DNA from: Candidatus Latescibacterota bacterium
GTDB taxonomy: Bacteria > Latescibacterota > UBA2968 > UBA8231
Assembly (NCBI GenBank): GCA_965242865.1
Contig: CBDETK010000013.1
Span: forward strand, 3,648,001-3,712,000
DNA length: 64,000 nucleotides
Reading direction: 5' to 3'
The notes below the pieces were generated by a model that was given only the letters and a program-made list of their open reading frames with translations, ran no database searches and was not told the origin of the DNA. Positions 10,084-19,608 of the stretch are shown here, piece after piece; within the stretch, counting starts at the first letter, position 1, and each line of letters starts with the position of its first letter. A program made the position numbers and the translations under genes.

Positions 10084-10163
10084 TAGTAGGAGGTTGATGT
10101 TTCCAAAGTACGTCGCGCTGGGTGTTTGGTAGTCGTGGAGGATCACCGGCCCGGCTTGCATGA

Positions 10164-10308
10164 TTAGGTCACATCCCGGATCGCCTGTTGGACGCCTTCG
10201 ATAAATACCCGGAAGCTATGAGACTTATTCGAGTCCAGCGACATCATCGGGCCGATAGACCTTGACCCCGAAATTTTCTGGTTCTTCCAAAAAGAACACC
10301 AAGTTCAT
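10164..10308 (-). pseudogene. DUF4276-like partner gene remnant (only the N- and C-termini remain)
   Basis: Starts MNLVFFLEEP with ATGA overlap on the ATPase stop; ends SLDSNKSHSFRVFIEGVQQAIRDVT*; only 145 bp long. Confidence 0.55.
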
Positions 10309-11276
10309 CCTTGCGGATCGGCTCCCTCAAAAAAACCTTGCTTCCACAGGTAGCCCATCTGATCGCATCCTGCATGTAGGCCGCAACTTGCTCGTTCTCG
10401 CTCGCTCTTTTTAGGGTCGCGTAACCGTCTTCTTTTTGCAACCAGAAGACCTCTTCCAATTGAGCACCATTGAGAAAGTCAGGGGAGTGTGTAGAGACAA
10501 AAACCTGGCCGCCGCGATGGGCGTAGGAGCGAATGGGTAATGCCCGGAACGCGCACTTTCAGCTTGTCCACAATCTCTGACAAAACCGCTGAATGGTTGT
10601 CGTGCAAGTATTCAATGACAAGTGAAAGATTCTCGCCTTCCCGAGACAGGTGTTCCGCATAGCCGGACTCTTGCTCGGACCGCGCTCGGCTTATGCGGAA
10701 GTCGGATACGTGCCAACGCTCAATCAAGTTGCCCAAGGCGACGACAGCGGGGAAGCGCTCAAATTGGGCCAAGCCCTTGATCGCCAGCAGGTCGGACGAC
10801 TTCAATGTCTGTTCGTCGCGTTCGAGTTGCGTTTCGTCCGTCACCTCCTCGGCTTCATTTGTTACGGCAAAACCTTTACCCTCTTTGAAGTCCAAGAAGT
10901 GCCAAGGCTTGCCGCGGCTGAACCGCCTATATCGCAAAATTTCGCGCTCGACGACCGGCTTGCTTCCAGCCCATCCGATTGACACCGAATACGTCACCAG
11001 CGGACTCCCAGACTTCACGCGGTATTTGATCTCAATCTCGATCGGACCGTTGGCATCGCGGCTCCTCACCTCGCTGAAGCCGCGGCTCCCACCGAGCTTG
11101 GACAAGGCCGTTCTGACGTTTGAGTTCATGGCGTCGCGGAGAAACCCGAACACCGCGAACAGAGTAGATTTGCCGGTGCCGTTCGCGCCGACGAGGATGG
11201 CGAGGCGAGGTATGTTGCGCATCTCCACATCCTTAAAGACGCGAAAGTTTTTTATCCGAATTTGCTCGATCTGCAT
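10305..11276 (-). pseudogene. ABC-type AAA ATPase (AAA_21/AAA_15-like), internally deleted and frameshifted
   Basis: MQIEQIRIKNFRVF, Walker A GANGTGKST. Signature and Walker B missing at a junction near 10533. Out-of-frame remnants RGGQV, FVSTHSPDFLN, EEVFWLQK and DQMGYLWKQGFFEGADPQG*. Confidence 0.8.
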
Positions 11277-11311
11277 GGACTGTTACCGAGGGGGCTTTAG
11301 TCCTGCCAAGC

Positions 11312-12790
11312 TCAGTACGTCCACTGTCGCGGCAGCGGCCGCTCGCGCGCTAGCAGTCGCTCTAGCAGTCGCTTGCGAACCGCTTGCAAGCGAGTGGCAT
11401 ATTCGCCCTCGCCCGCCACGTCTTGGTACGCCAGTGGGTCGCGCTCCAAGTCAAAGAGTGCCTCCGAGCCATCGGCATCCACCACGTAGCGCAACCCCTC
11501 TACGCGCAGCGTTTTCCAGTGCCGCTCGGGCTGGGTCATTTCCGTAACGGCGCGGCCTGCGCCGGCACCGATTAGCTGCCGGTGAATGCGGTGACCTGCA
11601 ACAGGGGTCATTTCCGTAATGGCGCAGCCGGGACCGGCCCCTTGCTCGCGACGCAAGTCGGGCAGCAGGGAGCTGCCTTGCAATGCAGCCGGCCGCTGAA
11701 TTGCCGCGGCTTCAAGCAGCGTGGGCACCACGTCCAATGCCTCGACGATGCGGGAGCAACGCCCAGCACTTGCCCCGGAGGGCCAGCGGACCAGCAGGGG
11801 GACGCGCGTGACCGCATCGTGCCCGGGGTAGCCCTTGCCGTAGCGCAGGTGTTCGCCGAGCCACTCGCCGTGGTCGGACGTGAAGACGACGATGGTGTTG
11901 TCCGCAATGCCGAGGGCGTCGAGTCGATCGAGGATGCGGCCGACGTGGTGATCAACCTCGGACACCATGGCGTAATAGCCGTGGCGTGCGGACCGTAGCT
12001 CGTCGTCGGAAAAATGCTGGGGCCCTCGGCGGGCGTCAAGGGCCGGCGGGAAGGGCGGCAACGTCAGGGTCGCTGGATCGTAGAGATCGAGGAACTCCTG
12101 TGGGGCCACCCACGGATCGTGCGGCGAGTAGAAGCCGGCAACGCACAGGAAAGGGCCATCCCTGTGGCGCGTCAAAAACTCCATGGTCTGCTCGGCGACA
12201 AACGCCGTGTGGGTCAGTTCGCTGCGGCAGCGGCTGGCCAAGGCGCACTTGACAAAACGCTCTTCTGGATGCGCGATCCCGTCGCGGACGTTCATAATTC
12301 GCTTCCACTCAATTGAACTAGGGGCCTCGCCGAGGCTGATGCGGTCGAGTTGCTCAGGGGCCTGCGCCGCTACCCAAGCGCGGTACGCATCGTGGTAGGA
12401 ACCCGGCTCGTCCGAGATTTCTAAGTGGTCGAATCCGTAGTCGGGATGGGGCTGGCGGTGGTCGCGGTTGGCATGCGGCAGAAAGTGCAGCTTGCCAATC
12501 TGGCCGCTGTAATAGCCGTAGTTGCGCAGCAAGCGCGGCAAGGTCGGCGCGTCCGCCGGCACGGGTACTCCCATGTGCGAAAGCCCTAGCGTGGATGGAT
12601 ACTGCCCGGTGAGAAAGCTCACGCGGCTGGGCATACAGACCGGGTTCTGCACAAAGCAATGGTCGAAACTGACCCCGGCAGCAGCCAGCCGGTCCAAGTG
12701 CGGCGTCTCGATTTCGGAGTTGCCGTTGACGCCGAGGGCGTCCCACCGCTGCTGGTCGGTGTAGAGTATGAGGATATTCGGTCGCTGCAT
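11312..12790 (-). CDS. Cys-type sulfatase (choline-sulfatase-like)
   Basis: RPNILILYTDQQRWD, CMPSRVSFLTG (CxPxR), GKLH, FTSDHGEWLGEH. Confidence 0.9.
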   Translation of the reverse strand: MQRPNILILYTDQQRWDALGVNGNSEIETPHLDRLAAAGVSFDHCFVQNPVCMPSRVSFLTGQYPSTLGLSHMGVPVPADAPTLPRLLRNYGYYSGQIGKLHFLPHANRDHRQPHPDYGFDHLEISDEPGSYHDAYRAWVAAQAPEQLDRISLGEAPSSIEWKRIMNVRDGIAHPEERFVKCALASRCRSELTHTAFVAEQTMEFLTRHRDGPFLCVAGFYSPHDPWVAPQEFLDLYDPATLTLPPFPPALDARRGPQHFSDDELRSARHGYYAMVSEVDHHVGRILDRLDALGIADNTIVVFTSDHGEWLGEHLRYGKGYPGHDAVTRVPLLVRWPSGASAGRCSRIVEALDVVPTLLEAAAIQRPAALQGSSLLPDLRREQGAGPGCAITEMTPVAGHRIHRQLIGAGAGRAVTEMTQPERHWKTLRVEGLRYVVDADGSEALFDLERDPLAYQDVAGEGEYATRLQAVRKRLLERLLARERPLPRQWTY

Positions 12791-12958
12791 GGTTCGTGGA
12801 TTCCTTGGAGATGGGCTATGGCGGCGTCTGCTTGGTGCGCCCTGATTTTCGCCGCCTTCTAAACAAAAAGCACTGCGGAAAGTCGGGGTCGATGAGCGGG
12901 TTCAGCGGAAACCAAAGCAGCGCGTGGACGACCTTGATTATTTTGTACAAGACGCTTC

Positions 12959-13579
12959 TCATGGTTTTTCTGCCTCAGTAAAGAGTTGATCGACTACCGC
13001 TGCCATTAGCTCGGGGCCGTCGCTCCGGCGGAAGAGGAACCGCACCTTGCCCTGCGGATCGATCAGATAAGTATAGGTTGAGTGATCCACTAAGTAGGCC
13101 TCCTGCTCCTCGCCGAGAGAGTAATGAGCGCCATACTGGCGAACCACTTGGTCGATTTCCTCCTTGTTGCCGCGTAGGCCAATCGCATCAATGGCGAAGT
13201 AGTTGAGGTATTCCGCCAGCTTCCCCTGAGTATCGCGCTGGGGGTCAACGGTGACGAAGAGGGTCGTCAGCTCCTGCTGGTGCTCTTCTAAGAGCTGATA
13301 GACGCGGCCCATCTTCGATAGGGTCACTGGGCAGATGTCGGGGCAATAGGTGTACCCGAAGAAGAGCATGGCGGCCTGACCGCGCAAACTTTGCAACTCA
13401 AAGCGTGCGCCGTGCTGGTCCACGAGCGCGAAGTCACCGCCAATGCCGCCAAAGTCCTGCAAGGGCGGGACCTCTACCTCCACGAGGGGGGGAGCTTCGC
13501 TTTGGGCCTCCGGCTGCGCCTTGCATGCTCCGAGCAGCGCGAAAATCGCGCAAAAGACCAGCGCGTCAGTCGCCTTCAT
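12959..13579 (-). CDS. SCO1/SenC copper chaperone lipoprotein
   Basis: Lipobox LGAC; FFGYTYCPDICP (CxxxC), TVDPQRDT, VDHS. Confidence 0.9.
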   Translation of the reverse strand: MKATDALVFCAIFALLGACKAQPEAQSEAPPLVEVEVPPLQDFGGIGGDFALVDQHGARFELQSLRGQAAMLFFGYTYCPDICPVTLSKMGRVYQLLEEHQQELTTLFVTVDPQRDTQGKLAEYLNYFAIDAIGLRGNKEEIDQVVRQYGAHYSLGEEQEAYLVDHSTYTYLIDPQGKVRFLFRRSDGPELMAAVVDQLFTEAEKP

Positions 13580-14003
13580 AGAGCCTTTTCTTTCGCACCG
13601 GCACTGGTACGCGCCGTTCCGTTCCATTGCCAAAGCGCAGCAGCAGCTCCACCTCATCGCCGTCCCGTAGCGGCCGGCGCAGTTCCATCAGCATCAAGTG
13701 GGCACCGCCCGGCTCCAGGGCGACCTCCTCGCCCGCTGGAACCTGTAGCTCGGCGACTTGGCGCATGGTCATCCGGTCATCTTTGTGTTCCATTATGTGT
13801 ATCTCGGTTTGCTCGGCCGCCTCGGTTGCCAACCCGACCAACGCGACGGATTCGCCGCCTCGGTTTTCAATGACCAAGTAACCAGCGGCTGGGCTGCGCG
13901 GCGGCGGCTCGCGGATCCAAGCGTCGCGCACGACAATGGGGTCGCCAGTATGCTCTTGCTCGCATCCGACGACCATCAGCAAAAGCACCGCGACGGTTTT
14001 CAC
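13566..14003 (-). CDS. PCu(A)C periplasmic copper chaperone
   Basis: DAWIR, AAGYLVIEN, EIHIM...MTMR, LEPGGAHLMLM; adjacent to SCO. Confidence 0.9.
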   Translation of the reverse strand: MKTVAVLLLMVVGCEQEHTGDPIVVRDAWIREPPPRSPAAGYLVIENRGGESVALVGLATEAAEQTEIHIMEHKDDRMTMRQVAELQVPAGEEVALEPGGAHLMLMELRRPLRDGDEVELLLRFGNGTERRVPVPVRKKRLYEGD

Positions 14004-15219
14004 GCCGGGGGTGGGATCAAGTACTCGCCCTCGCGGATCCCATAGCTTTCGCCGAGCGCGGGGAAGTCAACCCCGGCGCGACCATTCCAATCCCACACCA
14101 CTTCGCCGTCCTTGACCGTCAGCTCGCAAAACAGCCGCTTGTGGCCACCCAACCGGCCGCCGAAAGAATCGGCGTAGCCAAAATCCCCCTCCATCTGCTG
14201 TAAGACCGCCACATCGGCCACGGCCCCCACCGACAGGTGCCCCAGCTCGGGGTGGCCAATCTCCCGCGCTGGGTTGATGGTGGAGGCGCGGACGACAGCA
14301 CCGAGCGGCATGCCCATCACCAGAAATTTCGACATGGTGGTCGCCATGTCGAGCATACCCATATTCATGCAGAGGGTGTGCAGGTCGGTCGAGATCGAGT
14401 CTGGATAGAAGCCTTGGGCAATAGCAGGGACTGCGTTGCGGAAACAGAAGCTGCCGGCGCCGTGCCCTACGTCCAAGACGACGCCCTTGGCCCGCGCCTC
14501 GTGCAAGTAGGACAGTACCTGGCCCTCGGCGTCAAACCACGGCGTCGGTCCGCGGAAGATGTGAGTGCTTATGTCGCCCGGGCGCAGCTTTTCGCCCAAG
14601 AGTTGGTAGTAGGGGCGTTCCTTTCTGAAGTAGCCAAAGTCAATCATCACCCGCGTCGCGGCCTTTTCGGCAGCCGCGAGCGTACGATCGACCGAAATCC
14701 ATTCGGGGCCCATGTAGTGCGCCGTCTTGATGCCGACGACTACGTCCTCGTTTTCTCGCGCCGCGCCCGCCGTCTTGTCAGGATCCATGTCGTACGGATT
14801 CTGCTCGTGATCCGTTGAAGTCATCCCGGTGCCGGCGATGTTGACCAGCGCGAAGAGCCGCGTTTGGCAGCGGTCGATCACCCGGTAGCGAAAGTCCTCA
14901 AAGTTGCGCCAACCCGCGCTCCCGGTATCCACTAGCGTCGTCACGCCGGTGCGAAAGCTAAAGCCGTCGGGCAGGATGCTGTTGTCGCCGGCCCACGTGT
15001 TGCGGTGACCGGCCGTGGCATAGGCGTGGATGTGAATATCCACCACCCCGGCGTCACGTAGAGGCCGCTCACGTCGATGACCTGCCCGGCGGCCTCAACC
15101 GGCAGTTCCGCATCTACGGCCGCGACCGCCTTCCCCTTGATGCCAATGTCCTTGGGCGCGTCAATGCCGTTGTGGGGATCAATCAGATGTCCGCCCTTGA
15201 GTACCAGATCAAACTGCAT
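14000..15219 (-). pseudogene. Amidohydrolase/deacetylase (dihydroorotase-like) with a single frameshift near 15047
   Basis: MQFDLVLKGGHLIDP...DVSGLYVTPG in one frame continues as VDIHIH (HxH), GVTTLVDTGSAG, DVGHGAGSF, ISTDLH in another. Confidence 0.8.
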
Positions 15220-15293
15220 AGTGAATTTCTCCGAGAATTTGATGAAGGTTAAAAGATAAAAAACAGCACCGCTGCCTGCTACGCGCCCGAACT

Positions 15294-16334
15294 TCAGGCC
15301 GGAGCTTCGACGTGCGAGGGCAGGTTGCACGTAAACCGCGCAAACAGTGCCTTGAGCGCGACATCGCTGGGCGCCATAAGGCTGGTCGCGATCGCGGTGG
15401 CCCACACGCTGCGCCGCGAAATTTTGACCTGCTGCCCACTGGTAAAATCCGCGCGGGCGTGGATGCGGCGCAGCGTCAGTACGGCCATGCCCAAGGCCCA
15501 AAGACAGAACCGGCGAATGCCGGTTTCGCGCCCGGGGATGAGCAACGTAAACGCGAGTGCATTGCCGAGGTGCATCCGGGCCAAGCCGATCAGCTTGCTC
15601 AGTGCCGTGCGGAACGCGGGGTCCGCGTGGCCGGTCTCGAGCGAGCGCAAATCAAACCCGGCTTGCTGGAACACGTCCCGCGGCAGCCAACACGCGCCGC
15701 GCATTCGGTCGTCCCAGATGTCCTTGAGGATGTTGGTCATCTGCAAGCCTTGGCCGAACGACACGGCGAGCGGCAACAGCTTCTCGCGGTGGCGGTCGAT
15801 TTCCGCCGAATAATCGCAGAACAGCTCGGTGAGCATCTCGCCGACAACGCCGGCGACGTGGTAACAATAGCGGTCGAGCTGGGAGAGATCCTTTAGACCT
15901 TTGAGGCCCGGGTTTTGCTGAAACTCGGCCATGCCGTGCGACATGATTCGCACACAGCGCACGAGGGCCGCACGCTGCCGGTCGGAAAACCTTTGCGTGA
16001 TTCGGAACACCCGCGGGGTGTTGGCCACGAGCTGGCGTTCGGCGAGCAGCATGCTGTCGGACAGGCGCGGCGCGAGCTGCTCGGCGAATGGGGCCGGCGG
16101 CTCCTCGCCGGCGATAACCCGGGTAAATCGCTCGGAAAACTCGCGCTTCTCGTCGGCCAACAAAGCTGGATCATCCTCGATGGTATCCGCGATGCGGCAC
16201 AGCAGGTACGCGTTGCCTACGACATCGCGCAGGCCCGCCGGAAGCTGCGGAATGGTGAGCGCGAATGTGCGCGAGACATCTTGCAGGATCGCGTACTGCC
16301 ACGCGAGATCAGCGGCATGTTCATCGGTCGTCAT
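15294..16334 (-). CDS. Squalene/phytoene synthase family protein
   Basis: VSRTFALTI, YLLCRIADTIEDD, YCYHVAGVVG, FGQGLQMTNILKDIWDD. Confidence 0.9.
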   Translation of the reverse strand: MTTDEHAADLAWQYAILQDVSRTFALTIPQLPAGLRDVVGNAYLLCRIADTIEDDPALLADEKREFSERFTRVIAGEEPPAPFAEQLAPRLSDSMLLAERQLVANTPRVFRITQRFSDRQRAALVRCVRIMSHGMAEFQQNPGLKGLKDLSQLDRYCYHVAGVVGEMLTELFCDYSAEIDRHREKLLPLAVSFGQGLQMTNILKDIWDDRMRGACWLPRDVFQQAGFDLRSLETGHADPAFRTALSKLIGLARMHLGNALAFTLLIPGRETGIRRFCLWALGMAVLTLRRIHARADFTSGQQVKISRRSVWATAIATSLMAPSDVALKALFARFTCNLPSHVEAPA

Positions 16335-16427
16335 GGCTATCTCAAGGTATTTTAATATAATATACAACGAAACAGGTCCCCTACACTGCTGCCGCCGCGT
16401 TCGTTGCCGAAAGCACATCTCATTGCG

Positions 16428-17039
16428 ATGGAAATAGACCTTAATCACCGCTTCAAAGGCGTCAACTACATTGAGTCGCCCAATCAAGGCGGCCCCTTTG
16501 CCCCGGGCGCACCCGACGCGATCATCATTCACTTTACGGCCACCACCAATGCCGAGGCGGCCATCCACACCCTCTGCGACGACCAGCGCGAAAACAAGGT
16601 CTCGGCCCATTTAGTGGTTGCCCGCGACGGCACTGTGACCCAGTTGTTGCCCTTTGACACCATTGGCTGGCACGCGGGCGTGAGCCAGTGGGGGACGCGC
16701 ACCGGGTTCAACAAGTATGCAGTCGGCATTGAGATCGATAACGCCGGCCAGCTTTGCGAGCGAGAGGGCCGCTACGAGTCGTGGTTTGGGCAGGTATATC
16801 CGCCCGAGGAAGTGGTGCGCGGCGTCCATCGCAATCAGTCGGAGGCCTCGTACTGGCACCGCTATACAGACGCGCAGCTAGCAGTCGTCGAGGCGATTTG
16901 CGCCGCGCTAATTCAACGCTACGGCATCCAACACATTCTCGGCCACGAGGAAATCGCCCCTTCCCGCAAGGTCGATCCCGGCCCGGCCTTCCCCCTTGAT
17001 TCCCTGCGCGCTCGGCTCTGCGACCGCCCCCTCGCCTAG
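16428..17039 (+). CDS. N-acetylmuramoyl-L-alanine amidase (Amidase_2, AmpD-like)
   Basis: IIIHFT, VSAH, WHAGVSQW, GIEIDN, GHEEIAPSRKVDPGPAF. Confidence 0.9.
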   Translation: MEIDLNHRFKGVNYIESPNQGGPFAPGAPDAIIIHFTATTNAEAAIHTLCDDQRENKVSAHLVVARDGTVTQLLPFDTIGWHAGVSQWGTRTGFNKYAVGIEIDNAGQLCEREGRYESWFGQVYPPEEVVRGVHRNQSEASYWHRYTDAQLAVVEAICAALIQRYGIQHILGHEEIAPSRKVDPGPAFPLDSLRARLCDRPLA

Positions 17040-17260
17040 CGGTCAAGACGCGCCGGTCCCTGCTTTTCTCTGTTGATCCTTTCGGTTATATTCGCCCTTT
17101 CCCCTCTAACCCATGGGAGGCGCGAAGCCCTTGGCTGTGCCCGATGGCGGGGAGCATGCTGGTAGGAGCGCGAGCGTTTTGGTTGTGGGGAGTGCGGCAC
17201 TATTCAGGGGCGTCGGCCTAGCGACGGTCCATTTTTCCACTTTAGAAAAGGACGACAGAA

Positions 17261-18250
17261 ATGAACGATAGACCGAGCGGCATGCACGTCGGGGTGCAGG
17301 GGATTGGGACCTCAAAGGTCGAGCTGGAGTTTCTGGTGCGCCACGGGGTGACGCACATGGACGCCGTTGTTGAGGACAACGAGGTCGAGACCTTGGTGCG
17401 GCATAAGGCGGCCGCGGCCGAGTACGGGGTGAGCATGGAGTCGATCCACATTGGCGTTCCCAAAAGCATCACGCTGGCGCGGGATCCACAGCGAGACCGG
17501 GACCTCGACGAGGTCTGCCGCTGGATCGAAAACGCGGGTACGGCCGGGCTGCGGGCATTGCTCTATAACTTCTGCATCCTGCCGCACCAGCGCACCGCCC
17601 CTACGCCCGGGCGCGGGGGCGTGATGTACAGCTCGTTTGACTTGGCGAAATTCGACAACGAAACCCTGAGCGAAGCGGGGGTGGTCAGCCGCGAAGAAGC
17701 GTTTGAACGGGCGGCCTACTGGCTCGAGCGCGTGATTCCGGTCGCCGAGGAAAACAAGGTGCAGATGGCCTGCCACCTCGACGACCCGCCCGCGCCGGTG
17801 CTGCGCGGCGTCGAGCGCTGGAACTGGCCGGTAATGGAGGGGCTCAAGCGCTTTTCCGAGTTGGTCGATAGCCCGTATCACGGCTTTAACTTTTGTTGCG
17901 GCGTGGCGTCTGAGGGGCTGGAAAATCCGGCCGCAGAACTCTGCGACATCGTGCGCTACTTCGGCGAGCGGGGAAAGCTGTTCAATATCCACTACCGCAA
18001 CATCAAGGGGGGGCTACACAACTTCCAAGAGGTCTGGCCCGACGAAGGCGACGTGGACATGCACGAGGTGGTATGCACTTTGAGGGACGTAGGCTATCAG
18101 TACATGCTGATGCCCGACCACGCGCCATCTCACCCGGACGACAAGGCACCCGAGGGCGTTTCGGGCCGGGTTCGCCAGGCCTGGGCCTTCCAGTTCGGGT
18201 ATATCATCGCCATGATCCAAGCGGCGAATAAAGAAGCGCGAACTGCGTAG
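17261..18250 (+). CDS. uxuA: Mannonate dehydratase (UxuA-like)
   Basis: YNFC, LERVIPVAEE, HLDDPP, HYRN, PDEGDVDM, MPDH, AFQFGYIIAMI. Confidence 0.7.
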   Translation: MNDRPSGMHVGVQGIGTSKVELEFLVRHGVTHMDAVVEDNEVETLVRHKAAAAEYGVSMESIHIGVPKSITLARDPQRDRDLDEVCRWIENAGTAGLRALLYNFCILPHQRTAPTPGRGGVMYSSFDLAKFDNETLSEAGVVSREEAFERAAYWLERVIPVAEENKVQMACHLDDPPAPVLRGVERWNWPVMEGLKRFSELVDSPYHGFNFCCGVASEGLENPAAELCDIVRYFGERGKLFNIHYRNIKGGLHNFQEVWPDEGDVDMHEVVCTLRDVGYQYMLMPDHAPSHPDDKAPEGVSGRVRQAWAFQFGYIIAMIQAANKEARTA

Positions 18251-18256
18251 GGACCC

Positions 18257-19156
18257 ATGTTGATCCATGGCCTGAGGGCGGTGCAGTTGCTGGTCCTGCT
18301 CAGCTCGTTTGGCGGCGCTCAGTCTCTAGAAGAAAATGCGTCGCGGGAAGACTTGGAGGCGTTGGAGCGCGTTGTCTATCTAGTGGGGGCGGCCAGTGGG
18401 GTGGCCCTGCTGGTCTCGCTGGGGCTGCTCGTTGCGCGTTGGCGGTTGGGGACGGTGCAGGCGCGGCGCTTTGTATTGCGCGGCGACGAGCACCAACTGC
18501 TGGCTCAACTGGAGCAAGGCCCCGATGGCGGCGAGCTGGAGTTGAGGGATGCCAACGGCGGAATTACCGCTGTGCTGAGCAACAGGCTCCGGTTGTGCGA
18601 CCGCGAAGGACAGGTGCGGGCCGACTTGCGGCTGGAGAGCGATAAGGCCCCGCTGCTCGAATTCTACGACGAGCGGGGCGAAGTGCGGGCGGGCCTTTCG
18701 CTGAGCGAAGACGGCACCGGCAGCTTGGCCTTTTACGACGCGACCGGGCAGCCGCGGGCGGGCCTAGGCAGCGGCCACGCCGGCGCTATGCGGCTGAGCT
18801 TCTTCGATGGCCAAGGACAACTGCGGCTGCAAAGCGGCATTGAAGACGAAGAAGCACCTTCGCTCAAGCTCTACGACGCCCAAGGCGAAGTCCGCGCCAC
18901 CCTGAGCGTGCGAGCCGATGGCATGACCTTGCTCGAAATGCGCGACCAAGCCAGCCAGACGCGCACCATCGTCGGCGTACTGGAGGATGGAATCGCTTGG
19001 CTTGGAGTTCTCGATGAAGAGCAGCGTTTCCGTGCGGGGTTGGGCGTACCGAGCGGCGGGAACCCGCGGCTGGACTTCTACGACGAAGCGGGACAGACGC
19101 AGGCCTCTTTGCACATCAACGACCAAGGCCGTTTTAAGACCGACCCGGACCCCTAG
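18257..19156 (+). CDS. Hypothetical membrane-anchored protein with ~24-aa beta-hairpin repeats
   Basis: Signal-like N-terminus, one TM helix, then repeats of L.FYD..G..RA.L.L..DG. Confidence 0.7.
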   Translation: MLIHGLRAVQLLVLLSSFGGAQSLEENASREDLEALERVVYLVGAASGVALLVSLGLLVARWRLGTVQARRFVLRGDEHQLLAQLEQGPDGGELELRDANGGITAVLSNRLRLCDREGQVRADLRLESDKAPLLEFYDERGEVRAGLSLSEDGTGSLAFYDATGQPRAGLGSGHAGAMRLSFFDGQGQLRLQSGIEDEEAPSLKLYDAQGEVRATLSVRADGMTLLEMRDQASQTRTIVGVLEDGIAWLGVLDEEQRFRAGLGVPSGGNPRLDFYDEAGQTQASLHINDQGRFKTDPDP

Positions 19157-19607
19157 CACTGCGAATCTCTGTTCGTAGCTCGTCGTAACAGGGCACTTGG
19201 TTGACGAAGCCGCGACCAGCGATATAGCAATAGTGGACCAAGCCATTGGTGACCAAAAGACAGCGGGCCTGAACCACGCGGTTGTACGCAGCGATTTGGT
19301 CGAAGGTCTGCTGATCGATGGAGGTGTCTGGCTCTTTGCACTCGGCCATTAGCAGGGCACGGCCCGTGCGATCGTGGACGACGACGTCGGCGCGAAACCG
19401 CTTGCCGTGGAGATCAATGCTTTTCTCAATGGCGATCAACCCGCGCGGGTATCCCAAGGTCGATACCAGATAGTGCACCAAGTGCTGTCGCACCCACTCC
19501 TCGGGCGTCAACTGCACGTACTTGCGGCGCAAAGGGTCGAGGATCTCGCGCTTGCCCTCGACGTGGCGGATGTCAAACTCCGCAGCCGGGAGGTTGAGGC
19601 GCTGCAT
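19134..19607 (-). CDS. Stand-alone type I restriction HsdR N-terminal-like PD-(D/E)xK protein
   Basis: LNLP...ILDPLRRKYVQLTPEEWVRQH, RADVVV, MAECKEP, QIAAYN, VTNGL. Confidence 0.85.
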   Translation of the reverse strand: MQRLNLPAAEFDIRHVEGKREILDPLRRKYVQLTPEEWVRQHLVHYLVSTLGYPRGLIAIEKSIDLHGKRFRADVVVHDRTGRALLMAECKEPDTSIDQQTFDQIAAYNRVVQARCLLVTNGLVHYCYIAGRGFVNQVPCYDELRTEIRSARGPGRS

Positions 19608-19608
19608 G

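Noticed and set aside
16335-16610. Long N-terminal extension of the squalene synthase ORF
   Set aside because: Overlaps the divergent amidase; family similarity begins at ATG 16334.
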